Below the pieces are notes generated by a model. That model made no database searches. It worked only from the letters and a program-made list of their open reading frames with translations, and was not told the DNA's origin. A stretch of DNA of 62,750 nucleotides, the filler included, from Basidioascus undulatus (Eukaryota): the NCBI GenBank assembly GCA_000826855.1. It is 20 parts of 20 records of this genome, joined end to end, with 100 filler letters (N's around TTAATTAATTAA, not from the genome) between each part and the next. Parts side by side here need not be neighbours in the genome. Positions count along the whole stretch, not along the records: positions 60,740 to 62,750 come from JTLS01002989.1; 19 more parts are not named here. The stretch is one strand, 5' to 3'. The first letter of the stretch is position 1; each line of letters opens with the position of its first letter. Position numbers and translations under genes: made by a program. Below, piece by piece: positions 61,357-62,750 of the stretch.

Positions 61357-62750
61357 ATGGTACCCACTTACTCTCCCACGACCTCTTCACCCTCATGCTC
61401 ACCTGACACCCGATCAGAACATCCTATCGTCCCTCATAGACCGGCTGGACTCCTCCCGGTCCTCGTCCCCCTCTCCTTCGAACCAGCCCCAAGCCAAACG
61501 ACCCGATCCCACGCCCGACGATGCGGACCCGGAGGGGGAATCACAGCCTCCCCAGGCGTTCAACCTCCAGCAGCCGAGCACGGAAAAGGCGCGCGTCACG
61601 TCGAACCCGCTGAGCTCGCCGGGCTCGTGGAACCCCATACGCACAAAGGTGCGTCTTCCTTCTCCCTTCCCTCTCCCACTCGCCTTCTCGCACCTCACCC
61701 ATCTCCCGAAATTACAGGTCCAGACCCGGTCCGTCCCCATCCTGCGCCTCTTCTCAGTACCCCAGCTCACCTCACCCCCAACCACAGCCTCGCCATCGAG
61801 CGCCTGCGCATGCTTCAGTCTAAGCTCTCTGCGCTCTCCAAGCACCAGCGCCGCGAGATTGCCGAGCTTTTGAGGCAGGGGAAGGTGGAGACTGCGCGCG
61901 TGCGCACGGAGGTTGTTATCGGTAGCGATATGTGCGTTCTGCTCTCTTGTCTGTCTCCCCTCGGTTCGCTCGCTGTGGTTCTTTGTGGGAATAGGGAACT
62001 AATTGTGGTTGGGTGGAACAGACACGTAGAACTCCTAGAGCTCCTCGAGCTGTACTGCGAGCTCCTCCTCGCGCGGTTCACGCTTCTTGAATACCGGTTC
62101 GTCTCGTCCCCTCCTCCCTTCTTCCAACTCCCACCTCCCCCTCCTCTTCTTCCCTTTCCCCTCCTCCCAGCTTTCCCTCACACTTGCCATTCCACCCCGT
62201 TCCCCTAACTCACCCCTCCTCCCGCAACCAGCGACCCCGACCCCGGCATCCTCGAAGCCCTCTCATCCATCATCGTTGCCGCCCCCCGAACCGAAGTGAA
62301 AGAAGTCCGTTTCTCCCCCTATCCCCTACTCCTTCCTCTTCCCCTCCCTCCTCCCACCCCTCACCCTTCTCACCCCCACTCCCCGCTCGCGCAGCTCCAC
62401 ACCCTCCGCGACCACCTAACCCACAAATACGGGCGCGACTTCACGCTCTCGTGCCCCACCCTCTCCCCCGCACGGATAACCACCAAGCTCTCCCCCCCAA
62501 CACCCACGCCCGAGCTGGTCGACGCGTACCTAGCGACGATCGCAGAGGGGTACGACGTGCCTTACGAGCCTGCTTATCCACCTCCTTCGCCTCCTCCACC
62601 TACCGAGCGGGAAGCAGAGGAGGGGGAGAGGGAGCTGGAGCCCCCGTTGGAGGCGGAAGCGGGGGAGGGGCCGGCGAAACCGCCTGTCGCGCGCGTGCAG
62701 ACTGCCCGATCTGTCCTAAGCGCCGCGGAGGCGAAGGCGGCGGGGTCTCC
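61357..62750 (+). CDS. IST1: ESCRT-III-associated Vps4 regulator Ist1, 3' partial
   Basis: WNPIRTK|VQTR|LAIERLRMLQSK...RREIAELLRQGKVETARVRTE, LLELLELYCELLLARF, IIVAAPRTEVKE|LHTLRD..KYGRDF and PELVDAYL..IA. Confidence 0.93.

Overview
Eukaryotic, intron-rich, GC-rich fungal DNA, most likely a basidiomycete of Pucciniomycotina (Microbotryomycetes/Cystobasidiomycetes-like). This placement is inferred from GTGCGT/GTGAGT donors, pyrimidine-rich introns and an rrm4 orthologue. The window is not one locus. It is 20 unrelated contigs joined by 19 artificial 100-nt linkers (N44-TTAATTAATTAA-N44): nineteen contigs of about 2.0 kb and one of 22.3 kb (17124-39431). Most long ORFs in the supplied track are antisense shadows or intron read-through, so I reassembled exons by eye. 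This recovers mostly partial housekeeping genes: shikimate/quinate dehydrogenase, bestrophin, MAPK phosphatase, PBR1-like SDR, RPS29, PSO2, rrm4, CSN8, YEA4, PUT7/MCUR1, COQ3, FAF1, PYM, RPB7, a Fungal_trans TF, HAPSTR1-like, C8orf82-like, SAM37, MSW1, ZCCHC8-like, DHX35, ATP11 and IST1. There are also three normal tRNA genes (Lys-CUU, Leu-AAG, Glu-CUC), a partial U6 snRNA, a decayed Ty1/copia element, CpG-depleted repeat remnants and a lower-GC island of decayed genes that includes paralogous multi-TM orphans. The most striking signal is at 39353-39425: a complete tRNA-Arg(ACG) encoded 3' half first and 5' half second, split exactly at 37/38 and followed by a T-run. This is a candidate circularly permuted tRNA gene, which I do not know of in fungi. 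It lies at a contig end and needs read-level confirmation. All family assignments come from motif recognition and recall, not from database searches.
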